In this document: positions 1-13,100 of the stretch, one piece after another
Layout of the letters: every line of letters begins with the position of its first letter
Position numbering within the stretch: position 1 is the first letter of the stretch
Source of the DNA: Anthoceros angustus
Lineage: Eukaryota > Plantae > Anthocerotophyta
Assembly: GCA_010909165.1 (NCBI GenBank)
Contig: VJWM01000134.1
Coordinates: 1 to 64,000, forward strand
Length of the DNA stretch: 64,000 bases
Direction of reading: 5' to 3'
Program-made: the position numbers and the translations under genes
The notes under the pieces: generated by a model
The model's input: the letters and a program-made list of their open reading frames with translations, nothing else
Databases searched by the model: none
Told to the model about the DNA's origin: nothing

Positions 1-430
1 AACCAATGCAAAAGAATGCAAAAGAGCACCAGTTAGGGCATTGTTGTTGAAGAATGTGCGTGAGGCTTGCACAAGCATGAAGGATTCAAGTTGGCGACCA
101 TCTGTGCGAGGAACACCCTATTTAACATCATCTTGTCGGATGATATCAATGCAACCACACGGTTTCAACGCTTCCATGTCACATTGGTGTAGTAGGAGGC
201 GAGATCCATCGAGCCACAGGCGGCGGGAAGCGCATGTTCCAGAAGTGAGAAAACTTGGTTGGGTGTAGGAGGAAACCAAGATGACATTCTTTAGCGAATG
301 TCAAAGCCACCATAGTCGATTAGGGAATTAGCTTCTGGGTCCATCCGTCGAACACGAGAGGACACGAGCGTCGGCGGATAACACCAAAACTTTCATCAAG
401 CACATTACCCACTTTCGGACATGTCGCGAG
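1..430 (+). pseudogene. N-terminal transposase exon of element B (frameshifted)
   Basis: LLKNVREACTS and KTFIKHITHF match 16130-16510 (LLKNVREACTS, KTFITHITHF). The match ends at a candidate donor site, AG|GTGCGT, at 430/431. Confidence 0.7.
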
Positions 431-1158
431 GTGCGTGTGCCGCGAAACATCTATAGTCAGATCAGTTTTAAGCGTATACTTGGGCATTTGTATCATTAAA
501 ATCGATCCATCTGGTTCATTTGGGAGATGGGATTGCACGTGGCCTATTGTACCTGGTGGATGTTGATGTCTTCCCTTCCTTGTTGGTGTGGTGAGATTTT
601 AGTGAACTATTTATGCGGTGCGCGTGATGGTGGGCGGCGGTTAGCCCCTCCTGTTGTGTTCCACATTTGTGTTCAGCTGTACTTCGGGTTGCTGGCCACC
701 AATGGTGCTGGTGACCACCTCGCAGGTTGCTGCCACGGTGGTCTGGTGGCCACCTCACGGGTTCAGCCAGTTAGTCTTGGTGGCCACATGTAATGTTGGC
801 CACAGGTGGTCACAGTGGCCACATGTGGTATTGTTGGCCACATGTGGTGGTGCTTGCCACCTGGTCACCTCTTCTGGTCGCTAAAGTGCCCTCTGGGCAA
901 TGGCATAATGGCCCACTATCCATGTGGCAACCTGGATACTTGCTCAATTGCTCCACTTGATTGTGGACATGTGGCTAGCTGGTCATATGGCTGCTTTGCC
1001 ACTTACTTATGCACCACATGTCCACTGTCCACTTGATGGCACTGCAGTGCACTTTGTCACCTGCTCACTTGTCACTTGGAGTTAATGATATGGCTCATGT
1101 ATTCGTTCTTCTATTGCATGTCCAGACGGAGTTCTATCTTCGCTTTTGTCAAGAGCAC

Positions 1159-3300
1159 AACACGATAATTTTTGAAGGGGGATATCTGACCCCCCGGTCA
1201 TCCTGACCTTGTCACGAAGAACACCTTACCTAAAAGCATATGTGCCCTACTTTGATAATGCACACACCCTTTACGAGGTCATACCTGATAAAGCGCACTT
1301 TCAAGTGAACACCCTAGAAATGGAGCACGGTGGGGTGGCCCGTCTAGCTTTTGTAGAATGTTTAGAGGGCTGCCATTTTATATGTTTATTACAATAAAAC
1401 TTTTACTTTGAAGTGGTGGAACACAATGAAAACAATCACACTAGAGTCTCATTTTAATCGTCGTAAGAACATTGCAACAAACATACGCTAAAGGAGGGAG
1501 TGGTCATCGGCATCGACAATAGTCATTGAAGAGTGCGGCTGGCGACTCATCCATGCCTGCGCCGACCGAGTCAAGAACCACCGCCATATTCGGATGCGGT
1601 CCATATCGTCGCCTCAAAGTTATCGTTCTCCTCCATTGCTTGCTCGTCTTCAATAGTATCATTCACAGGCCCACCATCGGCGGTGTGGGCGCCACCTGAC
1701 ATCTAGGGTTTCTTGACCCTCATCCAAAAGGTCGCCGATCGTAGTCTTCAACCTTGGCACTCAATGCAACCACTTGGGCTTTAAGGCAATGCCCGTCCTT
1801 AAAATGAACAAAGTTAGTTGCCCATGCGCCCATGCAAGCATCCTTAAAATCAACAAAGTTGAGTTATTAAAAATATGGGTTTTGAACCCGAACCTATTCA
1901 TTACTAAACCTTTTTCCCAAACACTAGACCAACAATCCCAAGTTACAAACTTATTGAGCCTACATATTTATTTTCTTAAGACGGCCTATGAGGAGGCGGC
2001 CAGCTGCGCCATGGAGCGGGGTGTGCTAGGGAGGCGGCCGGCGGCCATGGGCATGGCGTGTTGGTGGGGGCGCGGCGGCCAGCGGCGTCTTTGGGCCGGC
2101 CAGCCCGGCGCATGTGCTAGGGAGGCGCCCGGCGGCCGGCGCCAGGCGAGTGTGCTAGGGAGGGGCCGTGGCCCGGCGCCCATGGGCGGTGTGCTAGGGG
2201 CGCCGGCCGGCGCCCGCTGGGCGTGTTGGGGGCGGCGTGGCGCCGGCGGCTCCTCCTCGCCGCAGGCGGTGGGCCGGTGGGGTGGTGCGTGGAGGGCGGC
2301 GGCGGCCGGCGCCCTCCTCGCTCCACCGTCGGGCACGGTGGTGGTGCACGGGGAGGCGGCCGGCGCCATCCTCCGCGCACCACCTCCCCGGCGGGTGGTG
2401 TGCGGAGGGAGGCGCGGCCGGCGCCCTCCCTCACGCGCCACCCGTGGGCTACGGTGGTGGTGCGGCGTGAGGCGCCGGCGGCCCGGCCTCCTCCCTCACC
2501 ACTACCGACCTTATGCCGGCGGGTGGAGTGCGAACGGAGGCGCCGGCGCGCCGCCCTCCCTCCGCGTGCCCATTGTGGCCTCCTTCCACACCCCATCGTG
2601 GCACTTCCATCGAAAATTCAGTAGGCTAACCTTAGAAGCAACCTTGGAATGAAGGCTAACTTAGGAAGCAAATGCCACCGAAACGAGAAAGCCAGCATTT
2701 GGCTCACGAGTGTAGAGGTACCTCCGGAACATCCGTGAGCAAGTGTGGACAAAAGTTTATAGGATATGCTCATGAAAGTTGCGTGTTTAATACAACTCAT
2801 GAAATCAAAGTGCCGCCAAGACAATGGCGGTCGCAGAGAAGTCGGACTAAGTGATGACGCCATGGATTGAACTCCGGGATAAGGAACTGAATTCAAGTTT
2901 CCCGGGTCCTAGAGAAAGCATGTAAATCAACTGCTGTCATGTTAATGTGTTGCAAATACCGCTCCAAGTGGCTTTCAGTGGAAGGCAATGTAAAAACCAC
3001 ATTTTCCTCCTAAAATCGAGTTTATAGCTGGCGGCCGTCTTCCCTATAGGAGAACCCGGGCCTCTCTCACCGCTCGCTTTGCATTATTCTCAGAGGTCTG
3101 AAAGTTTATACCTCACCATTCGGCTACAAATATTGCCGTGGATGGAAAGTAGTAACTTTAATGCTTACACCCTTTTTTCGGGAGCTGTTTTTTCCGTAAT
3201 GCCTTCAAACGCTGCTTTAGGCCCATCAATTAACCCCTTCGTAGATTATTTCATGAAACCCCTTCGAGATTATTCACCCCTTCACCAAAATTATCATGTT
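1159..3300. mobile_element. Element C1: 2.14-kb non-autonomous TIR element (unclassified superfamily)
   Basis: Left end AACACGATAATTTTTGAAGGGG and right end CCCCTTCACCAAAATTATCATGTT are imperfect inverted repeats. They are flanked by the direct repeat GCAC (1155-1158 and 3301-3304). Confidence 0.8.
1985..2580. repeat. GC-rich low-complexity block inside C1 (GGCGGCCGGC / GTGTGCTAGGG motifs)
   Basis: Short GC-rich motifs are reiterated here. A related block occurs at 45240-45355 in C2. Confidence 0.75.
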
Positions 3301-3319
3301 GCACCCGTAAATACAAGTA

Positions 3320-4050
3320 GGGCAACGGTCATTTTGAGGTTACAGCTTTTGTGAAAAGCTTGCAGAGCGGAATTACGTTGTTTGCATTTACGCCGAGATG
3401 GCGCTCCTCAGATGCTTTCTTAATGGCCGCCGGCACAGCTCTGTTCACTCGCGGGCTGCACACCGCTCATGTGTGGTGTGCTCACCGTGAGCAAGCACCC
3501 CTTGTAACGTACCGGGTTCCACTTGTTTGGTGTCCAGCAGGCGCCTTTGTGAACGTGTTCTCAGCAAGGTAAAGGGGCGAGAGATGCTCCTTGGCATTTC
3601 CTTGCATGCTTGCAAGGAACATGTAACATAGTGTGGTGTCAGCACACTTCCCTTCTGTCCTGGTCTAGAGACAAGTGCACGGACATTCAGGGCTGCATTA
3701 CATTCTTACCTAAGTGGCTACTGGCCAATATCGAGTCGTTGGTAAGGATGCACGGGATTCCACTTGTTTTTGGTGAGGTCGAGGCACGAGGATGCTGTTG
3801 ATATCCCCGTGAGATATGTATATCCTAGAAGTTGGCGACAATTTGTCTCATCTTGGCAGAGCCCTAAGTCAAGGGTTGAGTATTACTTGTTGAAGTGGAC
3901 CGAAGGCCAAGCACACGCCGATGGAGTCTTGATTGCCCTGAGTAAAACAACCTTCCGTGCTGGCAAGGAAGTGTTGGCTCTGACAAGATTACTTGTTGCA
4001 GCTTTTGAGTCGATGTGTTGCGCTTGCCGTTGGATCTGGAGGATCGCTTG
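3320..4050 (+). pseudogene. Remaining transposase of element B: Cys-rich region joined directly to the C-terminal GDNF-motif domain; catalytic core missing
   Basis: 3320-3755 aligns to 16958-17370 (LQGTCN..CGV...YRVVGKD vs VQGTCVLCGV...YQVVGKD). About 3820 onward (LEVGDN..EYYLLK) aligns to 18385 onward (LEVGDNFMV..EFYL). No DF/SDG/GHGK motifs lie between them. Confidence 0.65.
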
Positions 4051-4699
4051 CCACCGCACCAGTGTACATGTGTATGGCCATGGCGCATGGGGGCACAATG
4101 GATCACCGACCAGACATGCTTACCCTCGATGCCCTAACAAGTCAATGACATAGTGGAGGAAAGCAAGTGGGGTTAGGCTGGAAGAAAGGTGGAACGGTCA
4201 TGTGTACATGTCAGTGTTTTCGCATGGTAAGGCTTGATTTTATTTCTATGGATGGTGAGATGTTGCTCGTGCCACACAACATTGTCGAGTACACCGCCAC
4301 AGCCGATAATGTTTTGAGAAATGCTTGGCTTTCACCGCAAGTGGAAGATGCCTTAAGGCCTGATGCCAGATAGCTTAGAGGAGATAGGGTTTCTTTTCAC
4401 ATCAGGAGGTATTTGCACATACATGCATGCTCGTCTGCATAACTTCCTATCTATGGCTTTGCCAAAGTGCGCCTGTGCTTTCGTAAATTTGAACACCATT
4501 TGATTGTCTATTTAGCTATGTCCACACGGTGTAGTATTCAAAAGACCCAATGGGGATGGGAACTTCACACCAATCACCAATCACCAATCGGACGAAGCAC
4601 CTTGTTGTCATTATGCTCACCCCCATATTTGCTCCAAATTATCACGTGAATGGAGGCTGATTCTGTGCTTTCATGGGCCCCGTGCCAAGAGGCTCAGTC

Positions 4700-5149
4700 C
4701 CCATATGTGGGCATTAATTACTTTGTCCTGCTTCAGATCGACCATTTGAATCCATTTCGTGGCCTTTAGTCAGCCCTTCCTCCCGGTAAATCTTACCGCC
4801 TGAAGTCCTCCACCGCTGCTGGTGATATTGCAAGCCCTCTCGTTTTCTTCACATTGCAGCGCACTGCACGGACTCCATATCCATGGCATGTGTTCCGGAA
4901 GCGCCTGCGTTGGTCGATGGTGGACCCTGCACTAGAGGGGAGGTGGAACTGTTAGCCCCCGAGCTTGGTGCCACTCTCTTGGCCGCAATTGCACAATCGG
5001 AGGTGTTTTCAGTGGCCGCCAAATACTTGCATCGGATGGAAAGGGCACAGCTCAAGCGGTATTGGTTGAAGATCACGAGATCGTGGATGGCGCCGCGAAG
5101 GCATGATTTCGCAGGATCCCATGCAATGGATGGGCTGCCACGTCTTTGA
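4700..5149 (+). pseudogene. Accessory ORF3 remnant of element B (unknown function)
   Basis: IDHLNPFRGL and FSVAAKYLHRMERAQ match SNHLTPFNGGL and FNLAAQYLHRMERAK at 21382-21888. Confidence 0.6.
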
Positions 5150-5554
5150 GTCGGGAATGGTACCACTTGCAGCAACAACCCAATTCGAAATCGTATGCGT
5201 GAGGGCAGTGGCGGGCGGTATGGCCGAGTCTTCTTTGGATGAGTGCGACGTGATGATTACTGGTTGTGTGGTGGATTGAGAAGATGAAGGAAAACTTGGA
5301 ACGCTTCTTTTCTGCAAGGAAGACTAAGCGGCGGGTAGGAAGGCGAAATTTTCGGATGTTGTGCATGGGATTGGTGGCATACCCTTTTCTATCGCATTTA
5401 AGTACATTTCTGTCATTGACACATGCATTAGCGTAGGCGTGGCTAGGACTTGTATGTGATAAGAACATGGATGAGGCTTGGATCAAGGTTGAGGATTGCG
5501 GGTCTTTGCTTTCTGTGCATCACACATCTAGTCAACATGCCCAATGAATCATTG

Positions 5555-5650
5555 TGGAGATCAAGACGTTGTCGATAACGAGTTTGTCGATCACGAGTTT
5601 GGAGATCACGAGTTTGGATATCACGAGTCTGGAGATCACGAGTCTGGAGT
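5555..5650. repeat. 15-bp tandem repeat (GATCACGAGTYTGGA), about 6 degenerate units
   Basis: Read directly from the sequence. Confidence 0.9.
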
Positions 5651-5949
5651 TTCACACGCGACTGTCAAGCTTCCAAGAGTTTTTTGAGATTTCATGTAGC
5701 ATACATGTGTGCTACATAACATTGTCGAACAACAAACCTTTAACACAATTGTCCAAACAACATTGTCCAAAAACACATCCCAAAGGTGGGTTGGCCCATC
5801 CACAGACAACAAGAGTGTGTTGTCACACAGTCCTGTCACCCATATGACAAAATCGCACTGTATGCAAGGACCAAAGCAAAATCATCAACAACTTGCTCCA
5901 AATAATACTGGGGCAACCAAAACACTGGATCCTTGCCTCCTTCTTTCTT

Positions 5950-8900
5950 CTTCGCCAAAGCCACTAGTGGAATTTTTCTCACACAATAATGTTCGATGGT
6001 TGGAACACCACGAGGCTGGATAGTCTAGCAACCGATAAACAAATGTATCGCTGGAATCATCTCATAGTAGAGGGCGGACACCTCGGGCCCGCCTCAAATT
6101 TTCTTTTCCCCAAGCTAGGTCGACGAGCCCTCTTCCAACGTTTCCACCGTCACTTCCTTCAATGTAAAATCAACATGCTCGAGTTCTCCGCTGGGACCAT
6201 AAAGACGCCGCCATTGTGATGCCATCCGTGTCATGGAGAAGGTCACTGAATCTCCAATTTGTCATTTGTTGCGCCTTCTTCAGCGACTGGGGCGGCCCCC
6301 GCCCACCCTTCCGCTTCAAGGACCCCGAGTTGGTTGAGGCTTGCACAAAGCCTAGTCTCGTGATGTGTCCAAATATGTTCACTGTCACAGGCGTGGGCCC
6401 AATGCCCACCACCAATTCACGGGGCTTGTACATCCCGCTCCACCGAGCACCGGAAGGGCAACAACATTGCTTCCCGCCTTAGCCACTACCTTATTGGGCC
6501 CGAGACAACCGCCCATCCCAAATTGCTCATGGTCGCCATGCATAACCACAAGGTCACCAAGTTAAAGTGGCCTTGCACAAGATGCTCCCTAGTGTCCTCC
6601 GTAGATGGTCCAGAGTGGCATCTTGACAATGCGATCCTCGCCACTCTCATGCATGGATTCTCGTGAGTGACCTCTTGCACATGATGTGGCTAGCACCCAC
6701 CCAACATGGCATGCCGTAAATCAACAAACAAGTTGCCCGGCATGTCCGATGGCAATGTGGCTCAATGTTTGATCGAACCACCACCATGTCATTTCCTTCG
6801 CACAATCATCCTGCTTTGTTGCCATCCTCGATTTCACTAGACTCTAGATCAATGCCCATGGCTTTGTCAACCAGCCATATGCATCCTTCTATGGTTGCCC
6901 TATGCCCTCGTGCCCTGTGACTTGCCTCCGCCTTCTCGCCCACCTAGTACAAGTGCCTTGATCACAAGAACCAAGAACCAACATGATTGGCTATGTGGGG
7001 TCACCGTAATGTAAACGCCACAACCAGGGTGCTAATATCATCCCGGCTAAAATTTGGTGAAGGAGAACCTCTAGCAGAACAACCTCACGGGTTTGTAGCA
7101 CATAAGTTTGCATGTTCGGCCAAAGGTTGCCACGGTTGGTCTCTCCGGACTAAGGAATTGGTGGCCTCCGGGGAATAGGAAGGTGTTTTGTCCACGTGAG
7201 TATCCCCTAGAGTGGGGACCTTTGGGGCAGGGTGGAACAAGTGACTATAAATCTCGTCGGGGGCATCACTGAGACTATATAAATGAGGTTTTGAACACTG
7301 CGAGTAAGACCAACACTTTGTAAACATGCATGCAAGGCACTTACCTGAGGAGATTCAAGTCCAGGGTTTTGAGGGTGGAGCAACATAACACTTACAGTTT
7401 GTCCATAGCCATGTATCACTTGCCTTCTTCAGCGTCCTTCCATAATTTTGAAGTCCGCAATGAGGCATGATACTCCTCTATCCTCCATTTCTTATTCATT
7501 TGCCATATCTAGGGGTCTCTGATGCTCTTAAAATGACCTTTGGCTTTTAGCCCTTTGTGGTAGGACATAGACTATGATCTACTAGTAGGCGAGTCCTGGG
7601 TGAAATTGTTGGAGCAGGCATCGCCGACAATGCCACGAGGGAGAAATACAAAGTCGTAACAAAAGAAAACCACCTACACACACACCATGAGCTTTAGTAG
7701 CATCCGAGCACCGAAATCTTTCGAGCAGGCATGAGGCAAAAGTGGACATGGAAGTCTCACAGTACACCTGACACATAGTAACTTCCACGAGGCCAACACT
7801 TGTGTGGATGGGTCTTTGCCAGTCCATTAATGAACCAGATGGCTTCAAACCGCCTAGGGTAGCCGGCTGAAGTATCATAAAATTCTGAGCTAAGCGACTT
7901 TGTCTCGTCGAGCTCCTGTGTTTCTTAGTGATAGCTGGGGGCGACCCTCAACCTCTCCAACAACGGTGCTTGACTGGCGTATAGCCTCGGCCTGCCAAAA
8001 TGACATGAAATGACATCGCAACCAGCGACGACATCATATCAACACTATGCATGAGAATATTGTATTACGTAAAAGGGAGCCATTACCTTGGGGTCCACTT
8101 CCGTTACACAAACACGTGCCGCTTTGAAATCGACAACTTGAAAGCCTACATAATGTCAACTTGTTCTCCTCGTGAAGAGCCTTTGCTGCTAAAGCACTCT
8201 CTTCCTGGGCGACTTGGCGAGGACTCCACCATAGCTCCCCTTCACAATCCCGGTGAACGCATCAAGTGTGTGCCATGGATAGTGCCTTGACAAAACCTTC
8301 AGGAACTCAGGGAACTTGTTCGTGGGTGGACCCACATTCTCACATGCTGCTGAGGCCAAGTCTACATCCATGACAAAACAGTCAGTTCTGGTCAAATGGT
8401 CACCACAAGGCCAATATGTCAAGCCAAGACTCCACTCATGGCGAGCGACAAAAGAGACTAGTGGACAAATGGTCATATGTCAAACAACACCAAGCGTGCT
8501 AGAGAGCTAAAGCCAACGCGGAGAGACAAAAAAAGGCTTGGAGCACCAAATCTAAAATCGATGTGAGCATGCATCACTGATGTTTAGAAGGGCACAAATC
8601 AATGTAAATGAGTGGTGTGACCAGAGGGCCCTCTACCCAAAATGAGTAGTGCCATTTACAAACCTGCAGGTTCAAATGCACTCTAAGCCAACGCAGGTGA
8701 CAAAAGATGCACCATAGCCCCTGGCGAGCCCTTGCACCACCGTGCTTGAGTCCCAGCGACTTGAGCAAGCAAGGGCTGCAGGCCGGTCCCAACAGCCAAT
8801 GACCTCACAAAGTCAGTAAATCCGATAAGTTTCCACATCAAATGCTTCTAGCAGTTTACAACAAGATATTCCCACCAGCGTTTAACCTTTCATCCTTGCA

Positions 8901-10280
8901 GCCAAATGGTGGACAAATGGAGAAGTAGACAAGTTAGCTTGAGTCACCTGACAGCAGCATGTGCCCCGACAAGCCCAAAATCTTCAACAGACTCAGAAAC
9001 ACCAATACCAGCAAAAACCCAACAAGCATCATCGGCCGCATGCCCGACAAGCAGGCGCATATAAGCGTGATCGCGAGAAAGGCATTACGAGGACCATCAG
9101 AAATAGAGGTCCACGATGCTGTAATTCTTTGGAACCACAGCATAACATCGGAATCGGTACAAGCACACTGCAAATATGGAAGTCCTAAAATTTCGAAACA
9201 ATTGAGGCAAATGCTCGGCCGTACGAGACACAATTCAAAATCTTTGTGTTGGGCACAAAATGAAACCTGACCAAGCCCTCTGCCACAATATGCATGCTGT
9301 AGACGGATGTGCACAACATAAATGGATCAACGACAACAAACAACGATGCAAACTGGGATCTTTCTTAGTGGAAGGCAAAACCATGGCCTAAACCCTATGC
9401 GTAAATCTGGACAAATCTGTCAAGTCAACACACTCCTTCTTGTCCCTTGCATGCAGTGCCTTGCTCCTGCTCTCTACCTCTATCACCGCCTCCTGCACCC
9501 TCCTTATCAAGTAGTTTGGCAGAAGAGGCCTTCTTTACTTTACGAGAGGAGACGGTGTCCCTCTCTCCAGCCCTACTTCCACGACTACTGTGGCCGTGTC
9601 ACGAGCCACAAAACAGGCCGTGCTTCCTCCCTCTCGTCAAGCTCGGCCTCCCCACCTCCTCCTCATGTTCCTCATGCTCCTCTTCCACCTCTGGTTTTGA
9701 GCTTTCTTCTTGTGACCTTCACCTTCTCGGTCTTGGCAGGGACACTGGCCCAATTAATGACCTTATGCAACAACTTCTCCAAGAGAATACCAAGCACCAT
9801 GTGGCGGGGGACTTTTGTCCGTTGCTGCTGACCGTCGCCCTAAATCGGAAGAAGAAGCTCATCCACGTTCGCACTCCTCGGGAAGCAACCTTGTAGTAGC
9901 GTTGAACGCAGCCTTCACTAGCATGATACGGCTCCCAAACCACGTTGTGATAACTGACACCTCCAACAAGCTCCTTCAAACCCTTAAGAAGCATGTCGTC
10001 CGGACATTGATGCCTTTGTCGCGGGCTTTCCATCTCCATCATGACTCCATATCCTCACGATTCCAAGGCCTCCTCCTGACGGATAGCACAGCGGCTCGCT
10101 TAGAAGCGGTTGTGCATTCTCTTCTTATTCCGTGTAGGATTGCTGGCCATGGCACCCACACCTCCACGGCCTGGCGGGCGGCGGGCCTGGCGAGGCCACG
10201 ACAAAGAAATGTGAGGCGGGGATGGAAGGAGGAGGAAGGCAGCGGCCGAGGCGTGGGACACGAAACATAAGCGTGAGGAT
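5950..10280 (-). pseudogene. Accessory ORF2 remnants of element B (probably multi-exon)
   Basis: VLGILLEKLLHKVINW (~9750-9800) matches ALGILVEKKMHKAVNW in A. WHTLD..AARV..DPKV (~8090-8280) matches WDTLE..TARA..DKKV in A. GSLKRK..VFMV..DLAWGKENL (~6090-6330) matches GTLKRK..NFMV..DPAWGGEIL in A. Confidence 0.55.
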
Positions 10281-10616
10281 GCATGCGCGATGGCGGGCGA
10301 TGGCGCCCGATGAGGGCAGGCGTAAGGTAGGGAGGCGAGCCAAGCGGGTCGTGTGCACAAAGTCGGGTTTCCGAGTCAGCGAGTTATTCAGTTAACGAAA
10401 GTAAGAAAGATTATGTAATTTTATATTACCTTATGTAAGTAAGTTTAACCTAAAATAAATTAATAGAAGTAAATTATATGTAGGTAAACAAAGTCATTAA
10501 ATAATCACAAGTGAGATTTGAAAGTTCGAATTCTATCCTTCACACTCTCTCTCAAGGTGACCAATTGTGTTGTGACATTTGGTACTAATATGTGGCACCA
10601 AACCATGCTTCCGCCC

Positions 10617-12484
10617 AGACGACTAATCTCGCTACACTTGGACTTTTCCCTTGAGTTTGAAGAGTGAGGCGCTTGATGAGATTGCTGCTTGGATTCCCCT
10701 GGTCCAAGACCACGGCAGGCAAAGGCTGGTTAAATGTCTAAGGGTGACGTGGTGGGGAGTTCTGGCGGGAAATATGAAGTTGTTTAGGCGAGAATGGAAT
10801 GCGTTGGTAGCAGTTCCATATACTCCTCAACAAAATGGAGTTGCTGAAAGAAAGAACTAGACCTTGATGGGGATGACACAGGTTAATGTTGTCCCGGTAG
10901 GCTTATCAAGGGCCTTGAGCTCGGTAGAGTGCTATAACCATAGTAATGACTATTTATATTACGAATAGAGTCCCTACAAATTTTGCCTAATACAACACCC
11001 TTTGAAGCCTTCCGGGGTGAGTAGCCAAGTCTCCTTCATCTCCATGTCTTTGGCTCTCAAGACTCAGGTTTGTTCCCCTGTGAGCTGGCCACGGGGTTAG
11101 ATAACCGGGCTAGTCCCTATCTATTCATTGACTACTCTGAGGTGTCAAAGGCTTACCGCGCTGGAGTTCAAACAAATCCAGTGTTCATCGATAATACCCA
11201 ATTTCAGCCTTCATGATGCTCCTAGACATACAAAGAAGAAGGTGTGAAGTTCGCCATCGAATTTCTGCAGGTGGAACACCTGGGTCTGGTCATACTTGCG
11301 CTGAATAAAAAAGAGAGACTCCACTTGCCCGCCTCATCATCCTAGCAAATCAGTCCCATCACTCGGCCTCGAGAAATATGCTTGACTGAGACACTTCATA
11401 GCACACCCTCGAGGTGGCATGTACTTCCAAAGACAAGCATGTGCGCAAGGCTGGTTAAATGTCTAAGGACTGATAATGGTGGGGAGTTCCTACGGCAGAA
11501 ATATGAAGAGTTGTTTGAGCAGAATGGAATTCGTTGACAGCTGACAGTTCCATATACTCCTCAACAAAATGGAGTTGCTGAAAGAAAGAACTAGACCTTG
11601 ATGGGGATGACACGAAGCATGTTGTCCTGGGTAGGCTTATCGAAGGGCTACTGGGTAGAGGCCATAGTGACAGCTACTTATATTCTGAATAGAGTCCCTA
11701 CAGCCTCTTTGCCTAATACAACACCCTTTGAAGCCTTCTGGGGCAAGAAGCCAAGTCTCCTTCATCTCCATGTCTTTGGCTCTCCAGCATTTGTGTTTGT
11801 TCCTGTAGCCAAGCGACGTAAGTTAGATAACCGGGCTAGTCCCTATCTATTCATTGGCTACTCTGAGGTGTCAAAGGCTTACCGCGCTGGAGTTCAAACA
11901 AATCCAGGTGTTCACTGGGATAATACTCCACCCTGCAGCTTTCATGATGCTCCTAGACATACAGCAAGAAGGTGTGAAGTTCATCGAATTTCTGGTGTGG
12001 AATACCTCGCTCCGGTCATACTTATGCTGACAAAAGAGACTCCACTTGCCCGCTCATCATCCACACAATCCGGGGTCCCATCTCCTGAAACATGCTTGAA
12101 TTGAGACACTCATAGCACTGGAGGGCACAGCCCAAAGACCTCCATGCCGCTGCTCAGGCCTCCTCCATGGTTCTTTGCGGGGATGAAATCTGCCATTCCC
12201 GGTTAAGTAATTCTAGAATTTTCACAACACCTCAATGCCTACAAACGTGATATACTCGAGACCTGAGTGCGCTCCCCGGGCCGGTAGGTGGGCGGTGCCA
12301 GCTGCTCACGCTGTGAGGAGGCGACTGAAAGTGTCTCTCTCACTGCTGGGCCGAAGCCAAGTCTCCTTCATCTCCATGTCTTTGGCTCTCCAAGATTTGT
12401 GTTTGTTCCCTGTGAGCTGCTACGAAGTTAGATAACCAAGGCTAGTCCCTATTCATTCATTACTCCGAGGTGTCAAAGGCTTAC
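10617..12484 (+). mobile_element. Ty1/copia integrase fragments, about three partial tandem copies
   Basis: Motifs DD*SRYTW, VKCLRTDNGGEF, PYTPQQNGVAERKN, YILNRVPT, HLHVFGS and FIGYSEVSKAYR (ORF 11598-12104). The copies restart near 11441 and 12345. Confidence 0.85.
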
Positions 12485-13100
12485 CGTACTGGAGTTCAAA
12501 CAAATCCGTGTGTTCATGATACTCCACCCCTCGCAGGCTTTCATGATGCTCCTAGACATACAGCAAGAAGGTGTGAAGTTCATCGTAACTTGCAGGTGGA
12601 ATACCTCGTTCCGGGTCATACTTGCGCGAATAAAAGAGACTCCACTTGCCCGCGCTCTCATCATCCACAAACTGGGGTCCCATCCTGCCCTGAGAAACAT
12701 GCTTGAATTGGAGACACTCATAGCACACCCTGGAGGGCACAGCCTCCAGCACCTCCATGCCGCTTGCTCGAGGCCTCCTCCATGGTTGCTGTGCAGGATG
12801 AAATCTGCTATTCCTGGTTGCGACCCTAGAATTCACAACACCTGCCGAATGCCTACAAACGTGATATACCTCGAGACCTGTGGGTACGCCTCCAGCTGCC
12901 CTGTAGTAGGCGGTTCACTGCTCTGCATGAGGAGGCGCACTGAGTGTCCTCCCATCCGATTCAGCCGATCGCGAGCTCCCTGGGTCGAGGCCGACTTGCC
13001 CTGAGCTCCTGCTGTGCTTCCATGGTCTCTGATGGAGGATGCTTATGTGACGTCTCCCTGCGCTTGGGTGACGGGTGGCGCTTCCCCTCGATGCTTCACC
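12485..13100 (-). pseudogene. Heavily decayed gypsy-like RT/RNase H remnant fused to the copia fragment
   Basis: SGQVGLDP..AYYR and LFYSRKY..ELH resemble the gypsy RT-RNase H connection and RNase H motifs. Shorter copies start near 11160 and 11885. Confidence 0.4.

Larger units (their letters stand above)
1..10616 (+). mobile_element. Element B: Sola-type DNA transposon, non-autonomous sister of element A; left end lies upstream of the window
   Basis: Right TIR CACCAAACCATGCTTCCGCCC at 10596-10616 matches element A's TIR at 19/21. An AT-rich subterminal block (10385-10560) resembles that of A (29220-29400). Internal segments are collinear with A: transposase pieces, the YLHRMERA ORF and the LGILxEKxxHKxxNW ORF. 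Confidence 0.8.

Noticed and set aside
1774-2652. 292-aa ORF and overlapping ORFs on both strands
   Set aside because: They arise from a GC-rich low-complexity block with few stop codons; the Gly/Arg/Ala/Pro-rich translations have no domain signal.
7580-9320. Possible MULE/SWIM transposase remnant
   Set aside because: Only scattered resemblance; the segment aligns better and collinearly with ORF2 of element A (25100-26600).
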